Positions 39,961 through 53,394 of a DNA stretch of 64,000 nt are shown here, in pieces. A program made the position numbers and the translations under genes. Origin of the DNA: Okamejei kenojei. Its lineage: Eukaryota. The stretch spans positions 73,904,001-73,968,000 of the forward strand of contig CM069138.1 in assembly GCA_035221665.1 (NCBI GenBank), written 5' to 3'. How positions within the stretch are numbered: the stretch's first letter is position 1; each line of letters begins with the position of its first letter. The notes beneath the pieces are model-generated. The model was not told the DNA's origin. It did not search any database and worked only from the letters and a program-made list of their open reading frames with translations.

Positions 39961-40258
39961 AGTTTAGTTTAGTTTAGAGACACAGCGTGGAAACAGAATC
40001 TTCTGCCACCAAATTCCCACCCACCAGCGATCACCTGCACACTAGTTCTATCCTACACGCTCGGGACAAATTATAGAAGCTAATTAACCCACAAATCTGC
40101 ATGTTTTTGAAACATGGGAGGGAACCGGAGCACACAGAGAAAACAATTGTGGTCACAAGGAGAACATACAAACTCTGTGCAGACAGCACCCATAGTCAGG
40201 ATTGAACCCAGGTATCTGGCGCTGTTAAGCAGCAACACCACAGCTGCACCACCGTGCC
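39961..40258 (-). mobile_element. HE1-like SINE, full length
   Basis: GGCACGGTGGTGCAGC head on the minus strand, core, (CTAAA)n tail. Confidence 0.87.
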
Positions 40259-40494
40259 ATCCCTCACTGCACCGCGTGCCACTGCACGCACGGCTATCTA
40301 GTATCACTGATATAATCTATTGTATTATTGATTATTTTATATTTATTTGTTGTGCCCTTGCATTAGTGTGCCTGTAAAACTGCAACAAGTAAGAATTTCA
40401 TTGTTCTGTTCCCTCAAAAGTGCATATGATGATTAAATACCCTTGAATTTTTTACTCGTGAATTCCTCGTGACTTTCCTTTTTCCAACACTCAC

Positions 40495-40660
40495 CCATTA
40501 GTCTCCATTCATGTTAGTGTGTGAACTAGAATTCCTTAAATGGTGCTTCTGGAAATTTCTAGGTGCAAGCTGACACGAGAGGAGGAGGAGGTGCAGAAGT
40601 TTGATCCTGACCCTGTGCCAAGGGCTGGCACACGTGTGGAAATAGCTTGCCATCCCGAAG
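40495..40660 (-). CDS. Candidate 166-nt stop-containing alternative exon
   Basis: tatttttatgtttacattag| acceptor and TGG|gtgagt donor. The phase-2 frame (FGMASYFH...NMNGD*) is open until 3 nt before the donor. Confidence 0.4.
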
Positions 40661-42285
40661 CTAATGTAAACATAAAAATATAAACATCCGGGCAATTTCC
40701 TTTTTTTTGTATGACAGCTCACTAGTATCCATAATTATTTCCATCAATCAGCAGTGGAAATCACACAGATCACATTCTTTGACAGTGGGCTGCATTGGCA
40801 CGGTAGTTAAATTATTGGAGCTTGACTATCGATCTGAAATTAAATATCATTGCCAGAAAAAGGTTGTGGTCTGGAAATCACTGCCTATACAGTAATTGTG
40901 GTGGAACCTTTAACGAGTACTCTTCCATTGGGCAAAAGATATAGAAGTGTGAAAATGCACACCTCCAGATTCAGGGATGGTTTCTCCCCAGCTGTTATCA
41001 GCCAGTTTTAACCACACATCAACCATGGTACAGTCCTGAGCTACAGTTGGGCTTTGCTGGCTTTACCTTGCACTAAACGTTATTCCCTTATCATGTAATT
41101 GTACGCAGTGAACAGCTCGATTGTAATCATGTATTGTCTTTCCACTGGCTGGTTAGCACGTAACAGAAACATTTCACTTTACCTCTCCGTACATGTGACA
41201 ATAAATGAACTAAAACTAAACTAAACAAAAGGTGCGGAAGGAAGATTATTTGCAGGAAGACAAAAGTGCTGGAGAAACTCAGCGGGTGCGGCAGCATCTG
41301 TGGAATGAAGGAAATAGGCAATGGTTCGGGCCGAAACCTTTTTTCAGACCCTTTAAACCCTTCTTGCAGGAGCAGCAGAGTAAGGATGACTGAATTTGTC
41401 ATCACAGAGATGGTGCAGTCTTGTTGGGTTGAATGTCCTTTTGTACTATTATTATGGCACATTTTGACTAGCTATTAATAAAATATCAACTGCAATAAAT
41501 ACATAATTATGTTTATTGACAGCATGTGTATTGCTTGGTTACAAGTAATGCTTACACTAACACAAGTAACCAGTCCTTGTGTACATTGCAAAGATTGTTT
41601 GTCATGTTAATAGCGTAAGTTCATCAATATCCATCCCATCTCCTTTCTAGAAGACGTGTTGATGGAAAAATGTTACCTAGCCCTTTCAAAGTACACATTA
41701 TACAAAGACCAACAGATCACTAATATCTAGCAAGGATTCTTCCATTTTCCATGGTGTGATTTAACAAAAATGTCTTCTTGACAATTGTGTTAAATATTGT
41801 GTTAAAAATCAGTTAACCTGCACTTTTATGAAATTTTGCTTGCAGCTTACATTTCATTATGTAGACTCATTTTTTTAATGCGGTTTTGTAGTGAATAAGC
41901 GTTCATTTAAAACAACTTCCCTTATAATGTCAGCAAATTATTTCAGTCTTGAAAATTAAAATGCAGTGATGGTTCTGTGAAAAATCAGCAATCTATACTC
42001 TATTCAAATAACCTTCCACAGTCAGTGATCATCTAGGCTTGTAATTTGGTTGAAAAAATTAAAAGCTTAGCTGATTTTAATTTCAAAGAACTGTTACACA
42101 ACAGGAGTTATAAGCATGACTCTTTTATATAAGAGTCATAACATGGGGGATGTTTGGTCCTTCAAGTTGAAGTAGTCCCAACTATCCTAATCCCATCACA
42201 TGTGGCCGCAAGCAGTTCATGCCTATATATTTCCATAACAATACACATTCATTAAATATCTTTATGTAAAGACAACTTTGCAAAA

Positions 42286-42856
42286 AGGGCCTGTCCCACT
42301 TGGGCGACCTAATCCGCGAGTTCTGGCGAGTTTGCCCTCGACACATACTCGCAGCATGGTCACAAGAGGTCGTAGGAGGTCTTCGTAACTCTCCTTCATG
42401 CTCGAGAGTGATATCCGCGTACTAGAGGCCTCAAGTAGGTCGCGGCGTATTTTTCAATATGTTAAAAAATGCCCGCGAGTAAAAAAAGGTCGCCATGGAA
42501 AAGAATCGATAATTTTTTTACTCGTAGGTTTAGTCACAGTAGGTCGTAGTAGGTCGGCATGTTAGTCGTAGGTGATCGAGGGTAGTCGAAGGTAGTCAAA
42601 GGTAGTCGTAGATAGTCTTCATCATAGTCCAAGGGTGGTCGAAGGGAGGTCGAAGGAGGTCGAAGGAGATCGTCTTCACTCTCCACTATTCTTGTGTCCA
42701 ATTTTCCCGGTTAGTCGTAGCTAGTCGTAGCTAGTCGAAGCTAGTCTTCAACATAGACGAAGGAGATCGAAGGAGGTCTTCTACAAGGTTGAAGAAGTCA
42801 TTTTTTTCAAACTCTTCTAAAATGGGCAATTAGGGCGCCCAAGTGGGACAGCCCCT
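42286..42856. mobile_element. PIF/Harbinger MITE, longer relative of 36802-37027 in the opposite orientation
   Basis: TIRs AGGGCCTGTCCCACTTGGGCGACCTAAT / ATTAGGGCGCCCAAGTGGGACAGCCCCT. Internal GGTAGTCGWA decamers. TSD imperfect. Confidence 0.88.
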
Positions 42857-42999
42857 TAGTGGAGTCTTACATAACCCAGGGAGAACCTGTAGAATCAGAA
42901 TAAAGGGGGCAAGTAATGTTACTGTTACTGATTGAGTATTAGTAACTGCATTCCATTCCCAAAATCACTCATCAATGTACTCTCTGCTTCCAGCTGCAA

Positions 43000-44100
43000 T
43001 ATTGCATCTCATGGCCTTATTCTGAACAATCTGGCAGGCAAGGTCTTATCTGAAAATTATTAAATCCAAATAGACCTCATTAATGCTCTGCCTTCATCGA
43101 TGCTTATTGTTACTTTCCTTAAATATTCAATTGTTAGTTAAACATGACCTTTTAACAAATCTATCCTGTTGCCTTCAATATTCTTTATCTTTCCAAATGG
43201 ATATTTACACTCTTTCTTAGCTTCAATTCTAATAATTTGCTTGGCACTAGAGTTAAACCAACTTGCTTCTCAATATGTCCCTTCCCCCCCTTTTAAACAC
43301 TGCAAATTAACAATCGCTAGTCTTAAGGATAATTGAAAAATAATTTCCTCCTTTGTTCCATTGAAAAAGTATTAAATATTTCATTTGGCAACTTGGCCAT
43401 TTCCAAAGATGTTATACCCTTTAACTTTAACTCTATTAATATGTTTATTGTATCCAATAGTTTATCCCACTTCCACCTTAATGGCAATGTTGACCTCATC
43501 CCCGTCTTTTGTACATAGAGCACCAAACTATATTACCTATGCCCACATCCTCCATCTCCACACTCGTCCATATTTTTGGCCCTTAATAGTTCCTATTTCT
43601 CCTTAGTTGCCCTCATGCATTTTCTCCCACTGAAGCATATTCCTTGATTTTATCTGCCAGCACTTTCTTGTGCCCTCTACTTGCAGCCAAACCCTAATTT
43701 CCCTTTTTATTTCACTTATGCTTTTGAGATTCTTCCAGGCTTTCTGCACGATTAAATTCTCAAAAGTTTACATAAATTTCCCTAAACCTGCCTCATCCTA
43801 CCTTGCTGGACTTAATCATCCATAAGTTCTAGGTTTGGATAGACCCAACCTTTCTCTTATGGGAACACATTTATTAAAAATCCCTTAAATTTTCTTCTTA
43901 AAAGCCAATTGCTCTGACATACTATTTATCATCTAGTTGTAGTCACATTTGTTACATCACCTCTCATCCACAAAATTGGAAACAAATGAAACCAGAACTC
44001 TTAATTCCATTTTATATGTGCATCCTTTTCAATAAAAAAGAGTACCAAATCCAACTGAATTATGATCATTGACTCAAAAGTGTTCTCCCAAAGATATTCA
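43000..44100 (-). mobile_element. Ancient CR1 ORF2 remnant
   Basis: Decayed similarity to the reverse complement of CR1 ORF2 near 56000-56800. Confidence 0.5.
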
Positions 44101-44115
44101 TTCTACCAACTAACT

Positions 44116-44428
44116 GGGCGACACAGTGGTGCAGTGGTAGGGGTGCCAACTTACAGCCCCAGAAATCCGGGTTCGATCCTGACTATGGGTGCTATTTGTA
44201 CAGAGTTTGTACATTCTCCCCGTGACCACATGGGTTTTCCCCTGATGCTCTATTTTCCTCCCACACACCAAAGATGTACAGGTTTGAAAGTTAGTGGCTT
44301 TGGTAAAAATTGTAGATCTTCCCCAGTGTGTGTAGGATAGTTCTAGTGTATGGGGTGATTACTGGTCAGCGCGGACTCACTAGGCTGAAGGCCCTGTTTC
44401 CACCTATATCTCTGAAGTCTAAAAGTCT
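44116..44428 (+). mobile_element. HE1-like SINE
   Basis: B box GGGTTCGATCC, core and tail. Confidence 0.87.
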
Positions 44429-44576
44429 ATACCCCTGAATCTAAATGTAGAATTGTATCCCTCTTGTTGAGCTTGTTGCAGACTGAATAAAAATGTTCCC
44501 TACATTGCAACTTAGGAGTTCTGTACCCTCTATCTTTTACGTTGACAGTATACTAATGAATAATTGGTTACCAGTA

Positions 44577-45030
44577 ATTTTACTTCGGAGTCACGTGAGT
44601 GATTCCGTGAAGAAGCCTCGCCAGTGCGCCTTCGCGTCATTACGTCAGACGCGCTTGGCGCACCAACAGGCTGGAGAGCACAGCTCCACCAGCAGTAAGT
44701 AAAACACCCGCAGGTAAGTGTTTTAAGCTTTCTGCGGTTTGCTAGGTCCCGTAAGGCTGGTTACAGGAGCCAGTAGGGACACTTCCAAAGGGAAAAAATA
44801 TTAACTGAAAAAGTAAGGCGAGTGTGTCGCCTAAAAATGTAAAACCTACTTTTAGTAGGGTGTACGCCGGCTTTGAGACGCTGACTTCTGAGCCGCCGGC
44901 AGTTCAGCCAGCGACAGCAACTCCGGTGCTTCAGAGCACTGTGGTCACTCCTGTCGGGAGGCAGGCCAAGAGTAATTGTCCAGGCCTGTCGACTCTGATG
45001 AGTGAGGCCAGAAAGACTTCCCCCTTCCAA
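44577..45030 (+). mobile_element. 5' end of a CpG-rich element, probably DIRS-like
   Basis: Starts ATTTTACTTCGGAGTCACGTG and shares the leader (CAGACGC...CAGCTCC...CAGGTAAGTG) with 62862 onward. The DIRS label is from recollection of similar elasmobranch repeats; no RT or recombinase is visible here. Confidence 0.5.
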
Positions 45031-45037
45031 AAATAAA

Positions 45038-48000
45038 TCCCCCAAGACAAATGATAATAAAAGTTCAGTAGGACTATGTCCTGGAGGAGATAATGCAAAA
45101 AATTACAAGAAACAAAAATCTTACATTTGAAGGATATGGGATCAGTATCTATCGAGACTACCCAGCAGAGGTCTCCAGGAAATGAAAAGCGTTTCATGAG
45201 ACCAAAAGAATCTTGAGGGAAGTGAAGAACTTGAAATATGGTCTGAGGTATCCAGCTACCCTAAGAGTCACCTACAATCAGAATGAACACTTTTTCACCA
45301 ACCCTGTGGAGGCACTGGACTTTGCCCAGAAGATTAAGGCTCGAGAGGAAGCTTGAATAATACTTTTAAAACTGAACTTCATCATTGAATAAACTGATTT
45401 TGCAGGACTGGATGGAACTAAAGTCGTGTCTAAGGAAGCTGGAGAAAGATGTGGATCAGAAACTCTTCCATGGATGCTAATAATTAGTATAACTGCACTA
45501 CTAATACAAATAACTAATAAATACTAAAACTATAGCGTGGTATTTTTACTAATCGGAGTTAATAATTATCACTAATGACTAATATTTACCTATAATTGAA
45601 TGATTAGAGTCAAATATAGAGTTTGATTTAATTTGCCCTCCTTGGAAACACTTTTTTTCTTTTTTTATTAAGTTTTATTTTTATTTTCTTTCTTCCTTTT
45701 TTTTTGATTTTTTTATTATATTCTTAAATAAGTTTTAAATATATGTAGCCTCACATTCCTGATTATTGGAACACGAATATTTTAAAATCCAATATCCCCG
45801 GTAAAATACTGCTATGGAATTAAAATTTCAAGAAACCGGGAGCTGGTTAAGTTGGTAACATCAACTACGGAAGTCGGTAGATGGTTAGACATGCTAGTAT
45901 GGCTAGCACTAACTACACTAATACTAGATGTAGTTTTTTCCTTCTTTGTGCACATTATTAATTTCTTAATCTATCCTATTTTTTTCTATTATAATCTATC
46001 GTTATTATTTTCAGTTTGAATGGAGTTACAAATTGGATCAAAGGAGATATACACGTGAGAGACATTCAAGGGTCTTAAAATTCGTCTATTCGGAGTTCGG
46101 GTGTAAGGTCGGGTCTGTCGAGCTGAACCATTGGCTCTATTATAGACCTCCATAGACAAAAGATGCAAGATTTAACAATGAATACGGGGAATGAAGGAAT
46201 AACGTTTTGTAGCTGGAATGTTAAAAGTATTAATGAACCAATTAAGAGAGGTAAAGTACTAGCACATTTAAAAGCAATTAAAGCTGATGTAATTTTTATT
46301 CAAGAAACATACTTAAAAAAAGATGCCGATCATAGGCTGAAAGCTAAATGGATAGATAAAATGTATCATTGTTCTTTTACACACAAATCCAGATGCTTAG
46401 CAATATTATTTCGTAAAGCCACTTTATTTAAACATACATCAACAATAACAGACAGTGATGGTAGATACATTATTGTAATAGGAGAATTAAATGCACAAAA
46501 AATGATTTTTGTTAATGTTTATGGACCAAACTTTGATAGTCCACTGTTCTTTAAGAAAATATTTAATAATATCCCGGAAATAGCACAACATAACTTAATA
46601 ATTGGAGGAGATTTAAATTGTACACTAGACTCTTATTTAGATAGATCCACAAGACAAAGGAAAACCAAATCCCATTCCAGTGATTTATTAAATGCATACA
46701 TGGATACTAGTAATATTAAAGATGTTTGGAGAGTAGAAAATCCAACTGGACGAGAATATTCATTTTACTCACCTGTACATAAAACCTATTCAAGAATAGA
46801 TTATTTTTTGGTAGACTCTAAACTCATATCACTTACTTACAATTCAAAATACCATAATATTACAATCTCAGATCACGCACCTTTAACATTTATGATTAAA
46901 ATAAATGGTAAAACGGAAAAACAGGGACAATGGAAATTTAACCCACAAATTTTAAAAGACAAAGTAAATCAGGAATATATTATAGAACAGATCAAGATTT
47001 TCTTTGAAATAAATGATAAACCGGAAATATCTTCTTCCCTATTATGGGAAACTTTTAAAGCATATGCCCATTGAATTATGATTTCTTCTCAAGCATTTTA
47101 TAATAAAGAGAATCAGAGGGAACAACAGGAATTGGAAAAGGAGATTAAACAATTAGACACAGAGAATGCTGCTAATCCATCCATAACAAAACATAACAAA
47201 ATCGCTGCACTGAAATATAAATTAAATAAAATATACTCAGATCAAGTTGTAAAACTCTATCAATACACTAAACAATTACAATTTGAATTTGGAGATAAAC
47301 CTCAATAAATATTTGCTCGTCAATTACGGAAAATGGAGGGAGAAAAAATAATCCATAGGATTAAATCATACAATGGCGAACCATTAGTACAACCCAAAGA
47401 TATTAATGAGAGATTTTTGCAATATTATAAAAAAATATATTAAGCTAAAACAACAGAAAACAGGATAGGAATAGAAGCATTTTTAAAAAAATGTAATTCA
47501 CAAAATAGAGAATCACTAAATGCTGAAATATCAGGAAAAGAAATCGAAGAATCTATCAGATCATTAAAAAATGGTAAAACACCAGGACCAGATGGTATTG
47601 GTTCAGAATTTTATAAAACATTTTATGATCTGATTGCACCATGTTTGAAGATACTCTATGAATACATCTATACCCACCAGAAACTACCAGAAACGTTAAA
47701 TGAATCTATTATAACACTTATACCTAAAATAGACAAAGATCTGGATGACCCAGGATCATATAGAGCTATAGCTCTTTTAAATACTGATCAAAAGATACTA
47801 ACCAAAATATTAGCACAAAGACTAAGCACAGTTATTAATAAATTAATTCCACCGGATCAAACAGGATTTATGCCAAAAATATATTCCTCACATAACCTGA
47901 GACGATTATTCAATATTATATATTTGAAAAGAGGTATTAATAAAGACCTAATAATTATATCGTTAGATGCGGACAAAGCCTTTGACCAGGTGGAATGATC

Positions 48001-50242
48001 TTACTTGTTTTCGGTTATGGAAACTTTTAAGTTGGGAGTGAAGTTTATTACTGGGGTTAAATTATTATACACTAATCCAACAGCCAGAATACTAACAAAT
48101 CAAATGCTATCAACTAAATTTAATTTATTCCGAGGCTGCAGACAAGGTTGTTCTTTATCCCCGCTATTGTTTGCACTTGCAATAGAACCATTAGCTCAAC
48201 GTGTGAGATTACATCCTGAAATATATGGGTATGACTCCAGAGATACTGAAAATAAGATCTCCTTATATGCGGATGATTTACATTACACTTTATATTACAA
48301 AGCCGGAAATTAGTATTGCAAATTTACTAAAATTAATAGCTGAATTTGGATTACTTTCAGGATATAATATTAATTGGAATAAAAGTGAACTTATGTCAAT
48401 AATGGTAAATAACTCACATATATTACAACAATTTCCTTTTAAGATAGCAAACAAAAAAATCAAATATCTTGGAATTTATGTAACAGAAAGATTTGATTCT
48501 TTATTTAAATCCAATTTTCCACTTTTATTGAATAAATTAAATAAGAATATTTTATATTGGAAAACATTACCTATTTCAATGCTAGGTAGAATTAATGCAA
48601 TAAAAATGATTTTTCTCCCGCAATTACTATATCTCTTCCAATTGATTCCGATATATCTTCCTAAAAATTTCTTTAAGAAGGTTGATTCTATAGTCACCAA
48701 CTTTATCTGGGATTATAAGAGCCATAGAATAAATAAAAAACATTTATGTAAATCAAAAATAAATGGATGTCTAGCACTCCCAAACTTTATGTTTCATTAC
48801 TGGACAGTTAATATTAAAAATATGAATTTTTGGTTAGTAGAGACAGATAAACAACCAATCTGGTTAAAAATGGAAAAAGTGGATTGTTCGCCTTTTGAAA
48901 TTAGCTCGATTTTATTCGCTAATATTAAACTAGGTAAGAAAATCTATAGTGAAAATCCTATAATAGAAAGTGGGATACGTATCTGGAAACAAATAAAGAA
49001 AACATTAAAATTGAAATGTATACCACTAGCCCTTACCATAGTAAATAATGTTACATTTAAACCTTCAATGATGGACAAAAGTTTTTTACAATGGAAAAAC
49101 TATGGAATTAATAAGATGGGCTATCTCTATAGGGAAAACTCCTTCATGTCATTTCAAGAATTACAACAAATTTATGGATTACATTCAAAAGATTACTTTA
49201 AATATTTACAAATTAGAGACTATGTAAAAGCAAACACACAAGAAATCAGAAATAGAAAGACAGAAATTTTCGATGAATGTCTAAATAAACACCCGAACAC
49301 AGAAAAATTGATATAATATATTTATAACATTTTATTGGAAAACGATGTTCCAATGACAGAAATATATAGACAATCTTGGGAAAACAAATTAGGTCAATTA
49401 ATCAGATTAGAAGTATGGGATGAAAGTTTACAACATATACACCATTGTTCATTAAATGCTAGACACTCTCTTATACAATTTAAAATATTACATAGATTAC
49501 ATTATTCAAAATCCAAATTACATAGTATTTTTTCAAATGTATCTGCCATATGTGATAAATGTCAGTACTTAGAAGCTAACTTAATGCACTAATTTACAAA
49601 TTGTATAAAAATTACTAAATTTTGGACAGAAATATTTAAGATAATTTCAAATGTTGTTAATATGAATCTGATCCCTGACTCAAAATTAATAATATTGGGA
49701 ATATTATAAACAGATCAATTAATAACAACAAATCAAATAATTTTTATTGATTACAGTTTAATAATTGGGAAACAATTAATATTGAAATTCTGGAAAGGTC
49801 CTACATCCCCCACAACCAAAATGTGGATTACAGGAATGTTGGAGACACTGGAAAGATTAAGGCTTGTCCTACTGGACAAGTTGGATCTTTTCAGAGAGAT
49901 ATGGTCTCCATTTATTGAATATTTAAAGGGTCAAAATGGCTCGGTGCGAGAGCCTGACTGAAGCCTGAATAAAGGAATGGATGAAGAATCATATATAACA
50001 AATCATGGATATATCTCCAATGATGGATAACCTGTTTAACACTCCACTCATTTTTTTTTTTACTTTCTATTTTTACTTTATTTTTCTCTATTTTTCCTAT
50101 CTGCAATAAAAACAAAAAAAATGTATAGAAATACAAATAAGACATAACCGTTAATATTAATAATATTACGAATGTATGTGACAAGTATATTCTTTTAATA
50201 TGTACTTACGTCTAATAAAAATATTTAACAAAAAAAAAAAAA
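45038..50242 (+). mobile_element. L1 LINE truncated within ORF1; ORF2, 3' UTR and poly(A) present
   Basis: ORF1 C-terminus 45038-~45360, an AT-rich spacer of about 800 bp, ORF2, AATAAA at 50214 and poly(A) at 50230-50242. Confidence 0.95.
46163..49961 (+). pseudogene. L1 ORF2p (APE endonuclease, RT, C-terminal Cys/His domain) with stops and frameshifts
   Basis: SWNVKS, IQET, GGDLN, SRIDY, SDHAP; RGCRQGCSLSP, LYADD, KYLGI; CDKC...H. Confidence 0.96.
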
Positions 50243-52202
50243 GAATGTGCAACGAGCTTAAGAACAAGCAATGATGAAGACAAACAAACAGTCCTTCTGT
50301 CCCAGTTCTGATAGGGATATTCCAGAACACTATGCCATAAACATTGATGCTCCAACCTATACTTAAAGACAATTTCACAGTGGACTGAACCCATATGCAA
50401 ATGTGTGCAAGGTACCTACCTGGAATATTGCCCACTGATCATGAAGTTAGGCACCACAGTTCCCATGGGTACGCACTGTTATGAAGGCCATCAGGTTACT
50501 TTGCAATCTGTGCACTCGTTCAGAAATCTGGCTCTGCACTTATGCACTAAATACGAGAAATGTTGCTCATCCTAAGAACTGTGCTGCATTTGCAGTCGTA
50601 CAGTTAACTTAATCCACTTAAAGTAAGGGCAAAAAATGGCTACAGTCTTTTGGTGGGGGAAAGTACAGAGCATTCCCAGTGCTAATAGTCGTTGAACAGA
50701 ATGGTTTTGGTTGATCGTATTACCTATGCAATAGCAAAAACAAATTGGTGTTAAAGATTTTCCTCAAATTTGAAGCTTTGAGACGGGGGGGAAGACTCTG
50801 AGTTCCATGGCAGTGCAAGAATCATGAGTCAAGAGTGTTTTATTGTCATATGTACTGAACTCGAACAAATAAATTATTGGATAGACACAAAATGCTGGAG
50901 TAACTCAGTGGGTCAGTCAGCATAGCTGGATAAAGGAATAGGCGACGTTTCGTGTCGAGACCTTTCTTCAGACCCGAAACATCACCTACTCCTATTCTCC
51001 AGAGATGCTGTCTGACCTACTGAGTTACTCCAGATGTTTGTGTCTATCTTGGGTTTAAACCAACATTTGCAGTTCCTTCTTACACAATGAAATTCTTACT
51101 TGCATTGTGTATCAAATTCCCATAATCTCCCTGGATTTGGCAACAGCATCAATGGTCACCAAGTCATGACTGCTGCAGGAGAGGAGACCTCTGCAGGAAT
51201 TGACACAATTACTTTACTTTATTGCAGCTGTATTCAAAGCAAATTTCCGCTCCTGCAGTTGTCTGAATGCTCACCTTATTAAATCATATGATATCAAACT
51301 GAGTGATGGATCTATGCTCCATTAGTAAATGCCAGCAAGCGCATAGCATAACCTCTGTCATGGCTAATTTCCTAGCATCTACTAATAAAATATTATCATG
51401 CCCTGCATTGCTGAAATGCGTAAAATTTATGATGCATCAATTGAATGGTTACGTTCTATTTTTATCTCAGAAGACTAACACAATATTTAGATTGTAATAT
51501 CAGAGCTATATGCTGGGCCTGGCAACAACTGTGTACCTAATTCCATAAACTATTTCCCAGTACAGTTGCAGCAAATATTATCTACTTGAATGTAAATGAA
51601 TGGAACTATCAACCTGGTTTCACCTTTATATGATCTCTTTATACTGTCACTATGACAACTGATTGGTCAAATTGCCTTGAATCAGGTAGTATCTGATTCT
51701 ACCTATCTCTATCATTTGTTTCTAAATACAAAGGTCATTTATAGAATGACTATTTTTATACTCTACTGTGCACTGTGGAGATTTGACTCCAGTTAATTGT
51801 AAATCCAAGGAACCAACTGATGGATTTACTTTCTAGATACAAACAGACTTAGCATGTTTCATAGGCCAGTCTTTAGGCTATAGAGTGGTGGCTGACGACT
51901 GATCTATGAGTGAGGCCAAAAGGAGTTTAGTCAAATGTCTGCTTCCAGTTAATATTCTGCAAAATAAAAGCGCCTTTAACCTTGCCTAACTGAGCCATTA
52001 GATATTAGATATGCTTTTGAATCTGACTTCCTTTTTCAAAATGAAGGGGACATATATATCATTAGGCTTATCTGTGACAGTGAGGTAAAACAGTACACTT
52101 AGTGCACAGGTTATTAACACGTTCTGTGGCTTATGTTCCATGATTAAGGTCACTTTAGTTGATTAAGGTGGCAGGCTACACGACAAAGGAGCAAAAGATT
52201 AC

Positions 52203-52227
52203 CTTAGGTCAATGGAATATGTTGCAG
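52203..52227 (-). other. Candidate 25-nt microexon
   Basis: gatgttttttcag|CTGCAACATATTCCATTGACCTAAG|gtaatc; only the phase 1-to-2 frame (xATYSIDL) is open. Confidence 0.3.
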
Positions 52228-53394
52228 CTGAAAAAACATCTCAGTTATTATCGAACAAAGTCATTTGTTCTCACCAAGAAAGTAGCAGCATTCCTTTATT
52301 GCTGTGACATGGAGCACAGTTTCTGCTAAATGAAAGGCATGAGATTGTCTTGGAAAGAATTATAATGAACTAACATACCCTAATACAAAACTCTCAAACA
52401 CGAGTGAAGATTGTTCAATATCTATTCAATTGCAGTCCTATATCAAATATTAAGTAGTAGTAGATGATATTCATTCCATTCCCAATTCCTCAGAGATGAA
52501 GCAGCATTCAGCTGTCGTACTACTCTCCTGGTTCTACTGATCTTTCTGATGTTGGCATGGAGATCTAGTTCATCTCCACCTAACTCCATGCACTGCTAAC
52601 CATCCATTGAGTTGATGTATTGTGGAGACTAGAATGCTCTAACAGGGTCCATGATGTATTGTGGCCTCTAACAGGGTCCATGATGCCTGGGCTTTCTACA
52701 GTGGCTCCTTGGCCATCTTCACAACATGCTCTGCCTTTCCAATACTATGTGGAAAGTGATGTTGTCCAGTGATAACTCTGTCAGACCATTGGGAACTTTG
52801 CAACGTTTCTGGACATGAGGAATGACCATTGCCTGACATCAACGCTTCAGGATGGCACATCTGATTTGTGAGTGATCATTGACAAGTTAAGTGGTTTCTA
52901 AGTTTATCTCTCCAAATTGTGGATAATATTTAATTGTAACCAGATACATTTTGTTTTTCATTTGGAACAGATCTGGTCCAGCTGTGGCCCAGGATGTGTC
53001 TGGGACATGATGACAATTAACTCTACCATGACCGTTTTCTTTCTAAACATCTGCAGATCTCACATTTCTGCACGGTCCCCTCTCCTCACTCATATCTGGC
53101 CAGTAGATGGTTTATTTTGCTCTCCCAGAGACAAATATTCACTCCAAGATGTGTGTGAAACAAATGACTTTGCACATTGTTCTTCCTTCCTAACTAAAGA
53201 ACAAGAATACATTTGGCTCGGAGGATCATCTTGAATCCCCAGCCTGTGGTGGACTGGGCTGTGTTCACTACTATCTGCAGTTTCGTGCGGTCAAGAGCAG
53301 GCCAGGTGCGATACCAGGCTGAGATGTATCCTGTCTGAAGATTTTCTATGACACATCTGTAAAGGTTTGAGTAAATCCTCATGGTCATAGTCAT

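Noticed and set aside
42153-42165. TTTGGTCCTTCAA, miR-133-like
   Set aside because: Lacks two C's and the 3' end; no precursor arm found.
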